From positions 28,702 to 92,701 of the forward strand of contig CAZVGO010000028.1 in assembly GCA_964626755.1 (NCBI GenBank): 64,000 nt of DNA, in the 5' to 3' direction. This document shows, piece after piece, positions 46,442-55,950 of the stretch (the stretch's first letter is position 1; each line of letters starts with the position of its first letter). Source of the stretch: an uncultured Anaerolineaceae bacterium. Its GTDB lineage: Bacteria; Chloroflexota; Limnocylindria; Limnocylindrales; CSP1-4. Below the pieces are notes generated by a model. The model was not told where the DNA came from. It saw nothing but the letters and a program-made list of their open reading frames with translations, and did no database searches. A program made the translations under genes and the position numbers.

Positions 46442-46533
46442 GTGACCCCTCTCTCGGATCGAGCGCGTGATGACGGAAGACGCTCGACGCGGGCCGGTGT
46501 TACGCCCCTGCTGCGGGGACAGCCGGGACCATC

Positions 46534-47250
46534 CTACGCGGCCGGGGAAGCCCTCCCGGCGGGATCGAGGGTCACGCTGCTACGGCTTCGGACGAGGCGC
46601 CGATCGGCTGCCTCGGGCGCCACGAACCTGAACAGCGAGCGATCGATTGAGTAGATCCCGGTGGACGCGACGCCGATCCGCCCGAGTCGAAACGTGAAGA
46701 GCGGGTTCTCGGTGTTGCCGGCGTAGGCATGGGGCGTGCCATCGGCGGTGAGGACCGCCAGGTTTGCCTGGCCGCCGAACGTGTCGTGAAGCGCGCACAA
46801 GAGCTGGGGCACCGGTTGTGCCTCCTGCCACGCGTCCTCGAGCCAGCGAGCGCCGACCTCCGTGTCCGCCCGGCCGTGAATCCGGCCCTGCGCGCGGTAG
46901 CGAGTACGGAGCGCGCGGGTCTCGCGGAGATCGCCGTTGTGGCTGAAGATGAACCGCCCGGCCGGGTCGGCTAACGGCTGCGTGTCCGGCAGCGTCAGCG
47001 TCGAGAGCTTCGAGGGCCGCCGGAGATGGACGAGCGCGCTCGTCGTCTCGGTGGCACCGAGGGCTTCGCGCCCTGGATCGTCGCGAAATGCGCTGAGGTT
47101 GCGGTAGCTCTCGAGCCGGCCGTTCCCCGTCAGCCAGCCGGCTCCCCAGCCGAAGCCGGCGATCCCGTACCGCTCGAGCCGCTCGGCGAACGGCCACAGC
47201 TCGTCGAGCCGGAACGGCTCCGCGGCCCGGGCAACGAAGTGCTCACACAT
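46534..47250 (-). CDS. Class II glutamine amidotransferase-like Ntn protein (EgtC/YafJ-like)
   Basis: N-terminal MC (Cys nucleophile), GFGWG, LVHLR, FSHNG and DTE motifs. Confidence 0.8.
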   Translation of the reverse strand: MCEHFVARAAEPFRLDELWPFAERLERYGIAGFGWGAGWLTGNGRLESYRNLSAFRDDPGREALGATETTSALVHLRRPSKLSTLTLPDTQPLADPAGRFIFSHNGDLRETRALRTRYRAQGRIHGRADTEVGARWLEDAWQEAQPVPQLLCALHDTFGGQANLAVLTADGTPHAYAGNTENPLFTFRLGRIGVASTGIYSIDRSLFRFVAPEAADRRLVRSRSSVTLDPAGRASPAA

Positions 47251-47282
47251 CGGCCCGGATCATACGCGGCTGCCACGTGCGA

Positions 47283-48083
47283 TCAGCGTCCGAGGACCAC
47301 CTCGCCCGCGGGACCGGACAGCACGATCGTGCCGTCGGCGCCGAGGCGACCCATCGTGACTTCGACGAGGAGGGCCCTGAGTGCCACGCGGGCGTCGATC
47401 GGGCCGCCGTCGCAACCACCCGCCACGTCCCAGCCCACGTCGACGATGTCGAGCGCACCACCCGAGCCGAACCGGTGGTCTCCGGAGAAGCCGCATCGGC
47501 CACCGTCGATGAACCGCGCGACGAACCGCGTGTCAGTGAAGGTCACCGGGGGCAGGCCTTCGAGACCAACTACGCCGATCGCCCGAACGACCCTCCACTC
47601 GCCAGCCATTAGGGCATCCGCGAGCTGCCGGCCAGGATCGCCCGCGGGCGGTAACTGCCGCGCAAGCACGATCTCCCCGGGCACGCCGGCCAGCGTGAGC
47701 CGGTCGCCGGCCACCGACCACGCCTGGGTTGCCTCGAAGACGTTCAGGAACCGCTCCTCGAGCTGGCCCCTGGCCCCTATGCAGGCCGTCGGAGGTGGCG
47801 TGACATCGGAGATCGTCATCCGGTCACCCTGGATGGTCGCCGAGAAGAGGAAGTCGTTGCACCCGGTGGATCCATATCCGCCCGAATCGCCGCCCGAGGT
47901 GAATGTGAAGTGGGGCGCGTTCTCCGCGGGCACCGCCTGGCCGCTCACCGACGTGGCCCGCCACGCGGTCCCACTCAGGTCGAACGGGGTCGGGTCGGAG
48001 GTTGGCGGCGAGGTCGACGGCGCGGATGTCCCGCAGCCCGCTAGCGCCAGGCATATGGCAGCGACAAACGCGCGGAATCTCAT
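47283..48083 (-). CDS. META-domain lipoprotein (two domains)
   Basis: Lipobox LAGC, then GTAWRATSVSG, GSTGCN, TACIG and DRLTL, followed by a second degenerate domain. Confidence 0.8.
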   Translation of the reverse strand: MRFRAFVAAICLALAGCGTSAPSTSPPTSDPTPFDLSGTAWRATSVSGQAVPAENAPHFTFTSGGDSGGYGSTGCNDFLFSATIQGDRMTISDVTPPPTACIGARGQLEERFLNVFEATQAWSVAGDRLTLAGVPGEIVLARQLPPAGDPGRQLADALMAGEWRVVRAIGVVGLEGLPPVTFTDTRFVARFIDGGRCGFSGDHRFGSGGALDIVDVGWDVAGGCDGGPIDARVALRALLVEVTMGRLGADGTIVLSGPAGEVVLGR

Positions 48084-48367
48084 CGTGTGAATTCGCGCCG
48101 AATCTCGCGCTCGAACTCCGGAAAGTAGCGCTCGATGACCGGCAGGTCGAATTCGCGCAGGATCGACGTTCGCGGCTCGCGCTCGAGGAGGAACTCGAAC
48201 GAGCGGCGCACGAGGTCCTCCGGATCAGGGGCGTCGGGCGCGAGCCGATCGAGATCGGCCCGGGTGACGCGGACGAGATGCTCGCCGGTCCCTCGGTCGT
48301 CGGTCAGCCGGACGCGGCACTGCCACCCGTCGCCGTCGGGTCGGCAGGCCACCTCGATCTCGGTCAC
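48080..48367 (-). CDS. Conserved-looking small hypothetical protein
   Basis: MTEIEV...LVRRSFEFLLEREPRTSILREFDLPVIERYFPEFE. It has GTGA/ATGA overlaps with both neighbours. Confidence 0.75.
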   Translation of the reverse strand: MTEIEVACRPDGDGWQCRVRLTDDRGTGEHLVRVTRADLDRLAPDAPDPEDLVRRSFEFLLEREPRTSILREFDLPVIERYFPEFEREIRREFTR

Positions 48368-49143
48368 GCCTGGCACGCCGGGCACCAGTACGTCGTCCGC
48401 GGCAGCTCCACTGGGAGCGGCGCCGAGCGGATGAGCGTTCCGCAGCGGTGGCAGGGCCTTCCGGCTCGGCGATAGACCGCCATTGGCGTCCGGCCCGGCG
48501 CCCGACCCACGCTCTGCATGAGAAGCCGGCGAGCGGTCGCGACGAGCCGCTCGAGCGTCGCGTCGTCGAGGTCGCGGACCCGCGCAAGCGGATCGACGCG
48601 CTCGGCGAACAACGTTTCGTTCCGCCAGATGTTGCCGATCCCCGCGAGCGCGCGCTGGTCGAGGAGGGCCTGCGAGATCGTCCAGCCGGCCCTGTCCGGA
48701 TGACGGAGCCGCCGCATCACCTCGGCGGCGTGGGCCCCGGACCAGGAAGGATCGAGGAGATCCGGGCCGAGCCGGCCAAGCGACGGGTGGAGCGATTCGG
48801 TCCGCTGCTCGAACAGCTCGACGACCGGCGCGTCGAAGCACACAGCGACCGCGCCCGGTACCTCGAGCACGAGCCGTGCCCGCGACGGCGCGAGCCGCCA
48901 GCGCTCGCCGGGCCGGTACCGATGCCACGAGCCAGTCATCCGGAGATGCGTCCGCAGCTCGAGCCCGTTGTCGAACCGGACGAGGAGATTCTTGCCGCGC
49001 GCCTCGACGCCGGTCACGGTCGCGCCGACGACCCGCGCCACCTGCGGGCCGGGCATCCGCGCCCGCGCGGCCGTCACCTCGCGACCGAGGAGGTACGGAC
49101 GAAGACCCGATGCGGTCCTGTGGAGCGTGTCGCCCTCAGGCAC
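48364..49143 (-). CDS. nei: Fpg/Nei family DNA glycosylase (Nei-type)
   Basis: MPEGD N-terminus, RGKNLL, THLRMTGSW, H2TH LAGIGNIWRNE and C-terminal CHRC..WCPACQ zinc finger. Confidence 0.93.
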   Translation of the reverse strand: MPEGDTLHRTASGLRPYLLGREVTAARARMPGPQVARVVGATVTGVEARGKNLLVRFDNGLELRTHLRMTGSWHRYRPGERWRLAPSRARLVLEVPGAVAVCFDAPVVELFEQRTESLHPSLGRLGPDLLDPSWSGAHAAEVMRRLRHPDRAGWTISQALLDQRALAGIGNIWRNETLFAERVDPLARVRDLDDATLERLVATARRLLMQSVGRAPGRTPMAVYRRAGRPCHRCGTLIRSAPLPVELPRTTYWCPACQA

Positions 49144-52100
49144 CTCGGTTGCGCGACCGTGATCCGCTGCTCGCCGCGGCCCACGGCGTCGGTGGTGCTG
49201 GCGCGGCGCGCATCAGCAGGCCGCGGTAGCCGGCGACGAAACCGGCGTCGAGGAGCGCCTGGCGATGGGGCGACTCGGTGACCGGCTGGCCATCGATCTT
49301 CGCGATGACGAGCTCGCGGACGCGGCCGTCGACGACGAGCCCACGCAGGGCCGATGCCGCGGCCCCGGCCAGCTCCGGGTCGTCGAAGGCCGGCAGGGTC
49401 TGCAAAGACGTGCCGCCACGATCGACGTAGAGGACTGCCTCGCCGTCGACGAGCACGACGTACGCGCCCGCGGCGCGCTGGAACGGCCGCCGGTCGTCAT
49501 CGCCGCGGCGAGGCCACGAGATCGCGGCGCCGTACGGGTTCGCCGGGTCCGCGGCGGCGAGGAGATGAACCGTGCGCTCCCCGCGCGACGCGGCCGGCTC
49601 GCGGACCGCGCGCAATCGATCGATCGCCCCGGCCAGCGCGAACTGGGCGGCCCCGAGGCCCTCGACGAAATAGCCGCGCCGGATCCGGCCCGCTTCTTCG
49701 AGAGCCCGGAGGATCGGGTAAACGGCGCTGAACCCTCCATCGATCCCCTCCGACACCACTGCCTCGCGGGTCACGATGCCGTGCCGGTCGAGCAGGGCGA
49801 GCGACGCGGCATGAAGGCGCTCGGTCGCGGCAGGGCTCACGGCTTCTGTGGTCAGTAGCGACCACCGCCCCGCCGCCTCGGGCGGCCCGAGTGCAGTGAG
49901 CCGGCCCGGTCGGCGCCGGGCATCCCGGCCGGGCCGCTTCCAGCGGAGCGCCCGGAGCGGCGCGAACGTGTCGTTGGTCACTTCGCCCGCCCAGACGAGG
50001 TCCCACAGCGCGTCGAGGACTTCGCGGTCCGACCCGCCCCCGGCTGCCACGTACAGCTCGCGATAGAACGAGGCCCCCCGGCGTGCGAGGTGCTCCCGAA
50101 TGCGTTCGTGCCGCTCGCCGGCCGGCCGCTCGGCCCCGTCGGCAAGCCCGGCCGGCCGCAGCACCTCGCGGCCTGGCCGGTAGAGCGCGATCCGGCCGTC
50201 GTCGCGGCCGAGGCTCCCCCGCCCCACCCAGGCCACCTCGCCGAGGCTGCCCAGCTCGTCGAGGAGGCGCGGCTGGTAACCGGGAACGCGGATCGGCAGG
50301 ATGTCGCGCTCGAGAACGGATGCGGGGATCGGCAGCCCGGCGAGCTGATCGACGACCTCCGCCAATCGCTCGAGCGCCGCGGTCCCCCGCAGTGGCGGCA
50401 GCACGTCCCTGGCCGCGGCCACGCCCTGCCAGGCCGGCAGGAACCGCGCCAGCGCCGCGGGATCGACCGGCTCGACCTCTCGGCGGAGCCGCGCCAGCGA
50501 TCGCCGGCGGAGCTGCCGCAGCACGTCCGGATCCGACCACTCTCGCTCCGAGCCGTCCGGCCGGAACTCGCCGCGGAGAATCGAGCCGGCGGCAAGCAGC
50601 CGCTCCAGCGCGTCCTCGACGATCCCGACCGGCAGCCCCCACCGCGCCGCGGGCTGAGGCGTGAGGAACGGGCCGTGTGTCCGCGCCCATCGGGCGATGA
50701 GTCCGTCAAGAGCCGCGCTCGTCGGGCCGAGGAATGCGTGCGGCACGCCCGCCGGCGGCGCGACCCCGACCGCGTCTCGGTACCGCGCCACGTCCTCGAT
50801 CGCGATCCAGCGCTCCTCGCCACCGATGCGGACGGCGACCGCACGCCGCGCCCCCGCAAGCTCGGACAACCACGCATCAGCCGCCCGCGATCCGCCTTCC
50901 ACGCGCGCCGCGACCTCGTCCGCCGAGAGATCGCCCAGCCGTCGCAACAGGTCGTGAACCTGGTCGGCCGTCGTCGCTCGCCGGTCGACCGTGAGCGCCT
51001 GGAGCGAGAGCTCGAGGTCGGCGAGCGCGTCGGGATCGAGGAGCTCGCGCAGCTCCTCCTGCCCGAGGAGCTCGCGGAGGAGGTCGCGGTCCAGCGTCAG
51101 GGCGCCGGCGCGGCGCTCTGCCATGGGAGCATCGCCGTCGTACATGTAGGCGGCGATGTAGTCGAACATCAGCGAGCTGGCGAACGGCGAAGCCTTGACC
51201 GTCTCGACGCTCTGGACGGAGATCTCTCGACTCGCGATGCCGGCGAGGATCTCGCGCAGCGCCGGCAGGTCGAACACGTCGCTCAGCACCTCGCGGTACG
51301 TCTCGACGAGGATCGGGAAGCTGCCGTACCGGCTCGCGACCTGGAGCAAGTCCGCCGCGCGCTGCCGCTGCTGCCACAGCGGGGTCCGACTGCCGGGCCG
51401 GCGGCGCGGCAGGAGCAGGGCGCGGCCGGCGTTCTCGCGGAACCGCGCCGCGAACAGCGCGGACGAGCCGACCTGCGACACGACGAGGTCCTCGACCTCG
51501 TCGGCGTCGGGGAACAACAGCTCCTCGATCCCCTCGAGATCGCCGTCGGGCAGCCGGATCGCGATCCCGTCGTCCGACCAGATCGTCTGGACCTCCTGGC
51601 CCAGGCGCTCGCGGACGCGGGTCTCGATCGCGAGCGACCACGGGGCGTGGACGCGGGCACCGAACGGCGTGAGGATGCAGAGCCGCCAGTCGCCGAGCTC
51701 GTCGCGGAAGCGCTCGACGACGATCCGCTTGTCGGTCGGCAGCGCGCCGGCGACGTCGCGCTCCTCCTCGAGATAGGCGAGCAGGTTCTCCGCGGCGAGC
51801 TCATCGAGGTCGTGGAGCTCCTTCAGCCGATCGGCGGCCTTCGCCCGGGCTCTCGGGCCCTTTGCGAGATCCGACTCGGTCTCCCGGACGAACGCCCCGA
51901 TTGCCCGACCCAGCTCGATCGGCCGGCCGACGGCGTCGCCCTTCCAGAACGGCAGCTTGCCGGGGACGCCCGGCGCGGGCTCGACGAGCACCCGGTCCTG
52001 GGTGATCTCGGCGATCCGCCAGCTGCTCGCGCCGAGAACGATGACGTCGCCGTGCATCCCCGCGCGGAGCTCGTAGACCATCTCTTCGTCGAGCTCGCCG

Positions 52101-53719
52101 ACGCGCCTGCCCGGGGTCCCGGCCTCCCCGACCATGAACACGCCGAACAGCCCGCGGTCAGGGATGGTCCCGCCGCTCGTCACCGCGACCACGCGGGCAT
52201 CGCGCCGGCCCTCGATCTCGTCGGTCACGCGGTCCCAGGTGATCCGCGGCTTCAGCTCCGCAAATTCATCGGACGGGTACGCGCCGGCAAGCATTCCGAG
52301 GACGCCCTCGAGGACCTCGCGGCTCAGGGTCTCGTACGGGGCCGCGCGCGTCACCGTCGCGAGCAGGTCGTCAACGGTCCAGCGGTCCTGGACGGCCATT
52401 GCGACGATCTGCTGGGCGAGGACGTCGAGCGGGTTGCGGGGCAACGTCGTCGCCTCGATCTCGCCTTCGTGCATCCGCCGCGTGACGACCGCGGTCTCGA
52501 GGAGATCGCCGCGGTATTTCGGGAAGAGGATCCCCTTGCTCGGTGCGCCGACCTGGTGGCCCGCCCGACCGACTCGTTGCAGGCCGCGGGCGACGCTCGT
52601 GGGGCTCTCGACCTGGATCACGAGATCGACGGCGCCCATGTCAATGCCGAGCTCGAGGCTCGACGTCGCGACGAGGGCGGGCAGGCGACCGGCCTTCAGC
52701 TCCTCCTCGATCTGGATCCGCTGCTCGCGGGCGATGCTGCCGTGATGGGCGCGGACGAGCTCTTCGCCGGCGAGCTCGTTGAGGCGGTGGGCGAGGCGCT
52801 CGGCAAGGCGGCGACTGTTCGTGAAGACGATCGTGCTCTTGTGCGCCCGGATCAGCTCGAGGATCCGCGGATGGACGGCGGGCCAGATGCTCGTTCGCAT
52901 GTCGCCGTTCGTCGCGGGGCCGCCGGGCTGGTCATCGGGCGGCAGGATCTCGCCGATCCGGGCCATGTCCTCGACCGGGACGACGACCTTGAGCTCGAGT
53001 GGCTTGCGGGCCCCGGCATCGACGACGTGCACGTCACGGCCGGGTCCGGTGCCTCCAAGGAATCGGGCGATCGTTTCGAGCGGGCGCTGCGTGGCCGACA
53101 GGCCGATCCTCTGCGGGGGCTTGCTCGTCAGCCTCTCCAGTCGCTCCAGGGACAGGGCCAGGTGCGCGCCCCGCTTCGTGCCGGCGATCGCGTGGACCTC
53201 ATCGACGATCACGTGCTCGACGGTCTTGAGAATCTCCCTGGCCTGGCTCGTGAGCATCAGGTAGAGCGATTCCGGCGTCGTGACGAGGATGTCCGGGGGG
53301 TGCCGCGTCAGGTCGCGGCGCTCGTCCTGGGGCGTGTCGCCGGTCCGGCTCGCGACGGAGATGCTCGGCGGTTTCTCCCCGAGCCGCGCCGCGGCGAGCG
53401 CGATCCCCGCGAGAGGGGCACGCAGGTTGCGCTCGATGTCGTAGGTCAGTGCCTTGAGCGGCGAGACGTACAGGACGCGGACGCCCTTTCCGGTGCCGGG
53501 CTGGCGCGCGAGGCGATCCAGCATCCAGAGGAACGCGGCCAGGGTCTTGCCACTCCCCGTCGGCGCGTGGATGAGCGTGTGCCGGCCCTCGGAGATCGCG
53601 CGCCAGCCCTCCGACTGGGCCTCGGTCGGCGCCTCGAACGTGGCCGCGAACCAGTCGCGGACGGGTGCGCTGAACGGCGCCAGCGGGTCGGTCGTGGGGG
53701 TCGCTCGTCGGGCACTCAC
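49136..53719 (-). CDS. lhr: Lhr helicase (long form with C-terminal domain)
   Basis: APTGSGKT, YVSPLKAL, VDEVH, GLSATQ, AHHGS, TSSLELGIDMG and QRVGRAGH motifs, plus the Lhr-CTD RRGYFVEGLGAAQF. Confidence 0.96.
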   Translation of the reverse strand: MSARRATPTTDPLAPFSAPVRDWFAATFEAPTEAQSEGWRAISEGRHTLIHAPTGSGKTLAAFLWMLDRLARQPGTGKGVRVLYVSPLKALTYDIERNLRAPLAGIALAAARLGEKPPSISVASRTGDTPQDERRDLTRHPPDILVTTPESLYLMLTSQAREILKTVEHVIVDEVHAIAGTKRGAHLALSLERLERLTSKPPQRIGLSATQRPLETIARFLGGTGPGRDVHVVDAGARKPLELKVVVPVEDMARIGEILPPDDQPGGPATNGDMRTSIWPAVHPRILELIRAHKSTIVFTNSRRLAERLAHRLNELAGEELVRAHHGSIAREQRIQIEEELKAGRLPALVATSSLELGIDMGAVDLVIQVESPTSVARGLQRVGRAGHQVGAPSKGILFPKYRGDLLETAVVTRRMHEGEIEATTLPRNPLDVLAQQIVAMAVQDRWTVDDLLATVTRAAPYETLSREVLEGVLGMLAGAYPSDEFAELKPRITWDRVTDEIEGRRDARVVAVTSGGTIPDRGLFGVFMVGEAGTPGRRVGELDEEMVYELRAGMHGDVIVLGASSWRIAEITQDRVLVEPAPGVPGKLPFWKGDAVGRPIELGRAIGAFVRETESDLAKGPRARAKAADRLKELHDLDELAAENLLAYLEEERDVAGALPTDKRIVVERFRDELGDWRLCILTPFGARVHAPWSLAIETRVRERLGQEVQTIWSDDGIAIRLPDGDLEGIEELLFPDADEVEDLVVSQVGSSALFAARFRENAGRALLLPRRRPGSRTPLWQQRQRAADLLQVASRYGSFPILVETYREVLSDVFDLPALREILAGIASREISVQSVETVKASPFASSLMFDYIAAYMYDGDAPMAERRAGALTLDRDLLRELLGQEELRELLDPDALADLELSLQALTVDRRATTADQVHDLLRRLGDLSADEVAARVEGGSRAADAWLSELAGARRAVAVRIGGEERWIAIEDVARYRDAVGVAPPAGVPHAFLGPTSAALDGLIARWARTHGPFLTPQPAARWGLPVGIVEDALERLLAAGSILRGEFRPDGSEREWSDPDVLRQLRRRSLARLRREVEPVDPAALARFLPAWQGVAAARDVLPPLRGTAALERLAEVVDQLAGLPIPASVLERDILPIRVPGYQPRLLDELGSLGEVAWVGRGSLGRDDGRIALYRPGREVLRPAGLADGAERPAGERHERIREHLARRGASFYRELYVAAGGGSDREVLDALWDLVWAGEVTNDTFAPLRALRWKRPGRDARRRPGRLTALGPPEAAGRWSLLTTEAVSPAATERLHAASLALLDRHGIVTREAVVSEGIDGGFSAVYPILRALEEAGRIRRGYFVEGLGAAQFALAGAIDRLRAVREPAASRGERTVHLLAAADPANPYGAAISWPRRGDDDRRPFQRAAGAYVVLVDGEAVLYVDRGGTSLQTLPAFDDPELAGAAASALRGLVVDGRVRELVIAKIDGQPVTESPHRQALLDAGFVAGYRGLLMRAAPAPPTPWAAASSGSRSRNRGA

Positions 53720-53911
53720 GGGATCAGCGAGTATCCCACGGAAACCTGACAGAAGGCGTCCGGAATACGGCGCTAACGGCCCCGGGGCCGACCGTTGGAG
53801 CCGGGCGGCCGCCGAAGGTACGCCTTTCGCCGCGTGACACGAAGGCTAGACTTCGCGCGTCTTGTGCCTGCAGGCACCAGAGAGGGCTCTTCTGATACAG
53901 GCGAACTGGCG

Positions 53912-55735
53912 ATGACCGCGACCTTCCTCGAGCGTGCGCGCCGGGCGACCCCGCTCGGCGGTTATACGCGGCCCACGGCGCGCGTCGTGGCGGCGGCCGC
54001 CGCGCTGGTGCTGGTCGCTGCCGCCGTCCTCGCGGCAGCGGCCTTCGACCGGGCCTATGCAGGACGGGTCCTGCCCGGGGTGTCGGTGGCCGGCATCGAC
54101 CTGGGCGGTGCGTCGCCGGAAGAAGCACGCACGCGCCTCGCGGGCCTTCCGGTCGGGCCGGCCGGTCTCGTCCTCGTGGTCGGCTTGAGGAGCGAAACGG
54201 TCCCCGCCGAGGCGCTGGGCCGTCGGATCGCCATCGATGCGGCCGTGGAGGCCGCGATGGCCTCGGGTCGGGGTCGTGGCTTCCTCGGCGACATCGCCCC
54301 ACGACTCGGTCTGGTCCGCGACGGCCGATCGCTGCCGCTCGAGGTCACGGTCGACGAACCGACCCTCGCGGCGTGGATCGCGGCCGCGGCTGGCGAGGCC
54401 TACCGCGAGCCGGTCGACGCGAAGATCATCCCGGCTGACGGCCAGTGGGAGATGAGGAAAGCCGTCCGCGGGGCCGCGCTCGACGAGGCAGCGGCTTCCG
54501 CGCTCATCCGGAGCGCGCTTCTCGGCACCCAGGGCGGAACACCCCGGATCGTCCTGCCGGTCGGCTCGGTCGACCCGGACGTCGCGGACGCTGCCGTCGC
54601 GAGCGCCATCCAGGCAGCGTCACGGATGGTCGCCGACGTCACGGTGACGCTCGACGACAAGAGCTGGACGATTCCTTCGAAGAGCCTTCGCCCCGCGATC
54701 GTCTTCGTCTCGAGCAACGGGCGACCGGTGCCGGTGATGTACGGGTCGCCCATCGAGGCGGCTGTCCGAAAGCTGGCCTCGACGGTGAAGGTCGCCCCAC
54801 GGCAGACGCTCATCCTCAAGACGAAGTCCGGGGCGACCTTCGGCTACGTGCCCGGCGCCGCAGGTCGCACTCTCGACGTCCCGGGGACGGCGCGGGCCGT
54901 GACGGCGCTTGCCGCCGAGCGGCGGGATGACCCGTCGGATCCGCTTGTCGAGGTCGACGCAGTGACGATCGACGTGCAGCCGAAGATCAGCAACGCACAG
55001 GCTGCCGCCGCCGGCCCGAAGATGACCCGGATCTCCGGCTGGACGGTCCGCTATACCTCGAGCGAGCGCAACGGCTTCGGCAACAACATCGTGATCCCGG
55101 CTCGCCTGATCAACGGAACGGTCGTGAGGCCGGGCGAGGTGTTCGACTTCTGGCGCGCCGTCGGGCCCGTGACCTTCTCGCGCGGCTTCCGGATGGGCGG
55201 CATCATCCAGGGCGGCCGGACCAACCCGACAGGCGCTATCGCCGGTGGCATCTGCTCGGCGTCGACGACGCTGTTCAACGCCGCGGTTCGTGGCGGCTTC
55301 CAGATCGTCGAGCGCTCCCCGCACTTCTACTACATCTCCCGCTACCCGCTGGGCCTCGACGCGACCGTCTCGAAGTCGGGCGGCAGGAGCACCCAGAACA
55401 TGCGGTTCCGCAACGACACGAACGTGCCGATCTACATCCGCGGCATCGGGGGCGGGGGCTCCGTGCGGTTCGAGATCTACTCCCTACCCACCGGGCGGAA
55501 GGTGACGTTCAGCAAGGCGAGCGTCGCGAATGTCCGTCGGGCGGTCGACCGGGCCGTCCGGACCGACGCCCTGCGGGCTGGCACGAGGCGGCGCGACGAG
55601 ACGCCCGCCAACGGAATGGACGTCGCCGTCTCCCGAACGGTCCGCAACGCGAGCGGTGCCGTCATCCGCCGGGACAGGTTCGTCAGCCACTATGGCCGGG
55701 TCGACGGCATCGTCCTGATCGGAACGCGCCGCTAG
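53912..55735 (+). CDS. VanW family protein with PG-binding-4 repeats
   Basis: N-terminal TM, GRVLPGVSVAG, VRPGEVFDFW, GGICSASTTLFNA, ERSPH, GLDATV and RFRNDT motifs. Confidence 0.9.
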   Translation: MTATFLERARRATPLGGYTRPTARVVAAAAALVLVAAAVLAAAAFDRAYAGRVLPGVSVAGIDLGGASPEEARTRLAGLPVGPAGLVLVVGLRSETVPAEALGRRIAIDAAVEAAMASGRGRGFLGDIAPRLGLVRDGRSLPLEVTVDEPTLAAWIAAAAGEAYREPVDAKIIPADGQWEMRKAVRGAALDEAAASALIRSALLGTQGGTPRIVLPVGSVDPDVADAAVASAIQAASRMVADVTVTLDDKSWTIPSKSLRPAIVFVSSNGRPVPVMYGSPIEAAVRKLASTVKVAPRQTLILKTKSGATFGYVPGAAGRTLDVPGTARAVTALAAERRDDPSDPLVEVDAVTIDVQPKISNAQAAAAGPKMTRISGWTVRYTSSERNGFGNNIVIPARLINGTVVRPGEVFDFWRAVGPVTFSRGFRMGGIIQGGRTNPTGAIAGGICSASTTLFNAAVRGGFQIVERSPHFYYISRYPLGLDATVSKSGGRSTQNMRFRNDTNVPIYIRGIGGGGSVRFEIYSLPTGRKVTFSKASVANVRRAVDRAVRTDALRAGTRRRDETPANGMDVAVSRTVRNASGAVIRRDRFVSHYGRVDGIVLIGTRR

Positions 55736-55790
55736 CGTCGGACCGCCCGCAGCCCGCCTGCGGCCCGCGGCCAGGTCTCCACCCTGCGGC

Positions 55791-55950
55791 TTGTCTGCCA
55801 GTCAACAAATCGGGCAGGTGTCGGGCCGGCCGCCCCTCGATCGGTCGATTTGCTGTTTCGGGGACACCACCCGGCCGGCATTGCGGCATCTCGTCCGCGT
55901 AAGCCTCGGCGAATAGCGCGCAAAGGCCGTTGTTGTTGACTGTCAGTCAT
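55791..55950. repeat. ~160-bp three-site inverted-repeat element, copy C (overlaps the ATG of the XRE gene)
   Basis: TTGTCTGCCAGTCAA-CAAATCGG (55791), CGATTTG-CTGTTTCGGGGACAC (55853) and TTG-TTGACTGTCAGTCAT (55936). Confidence 0.85.
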
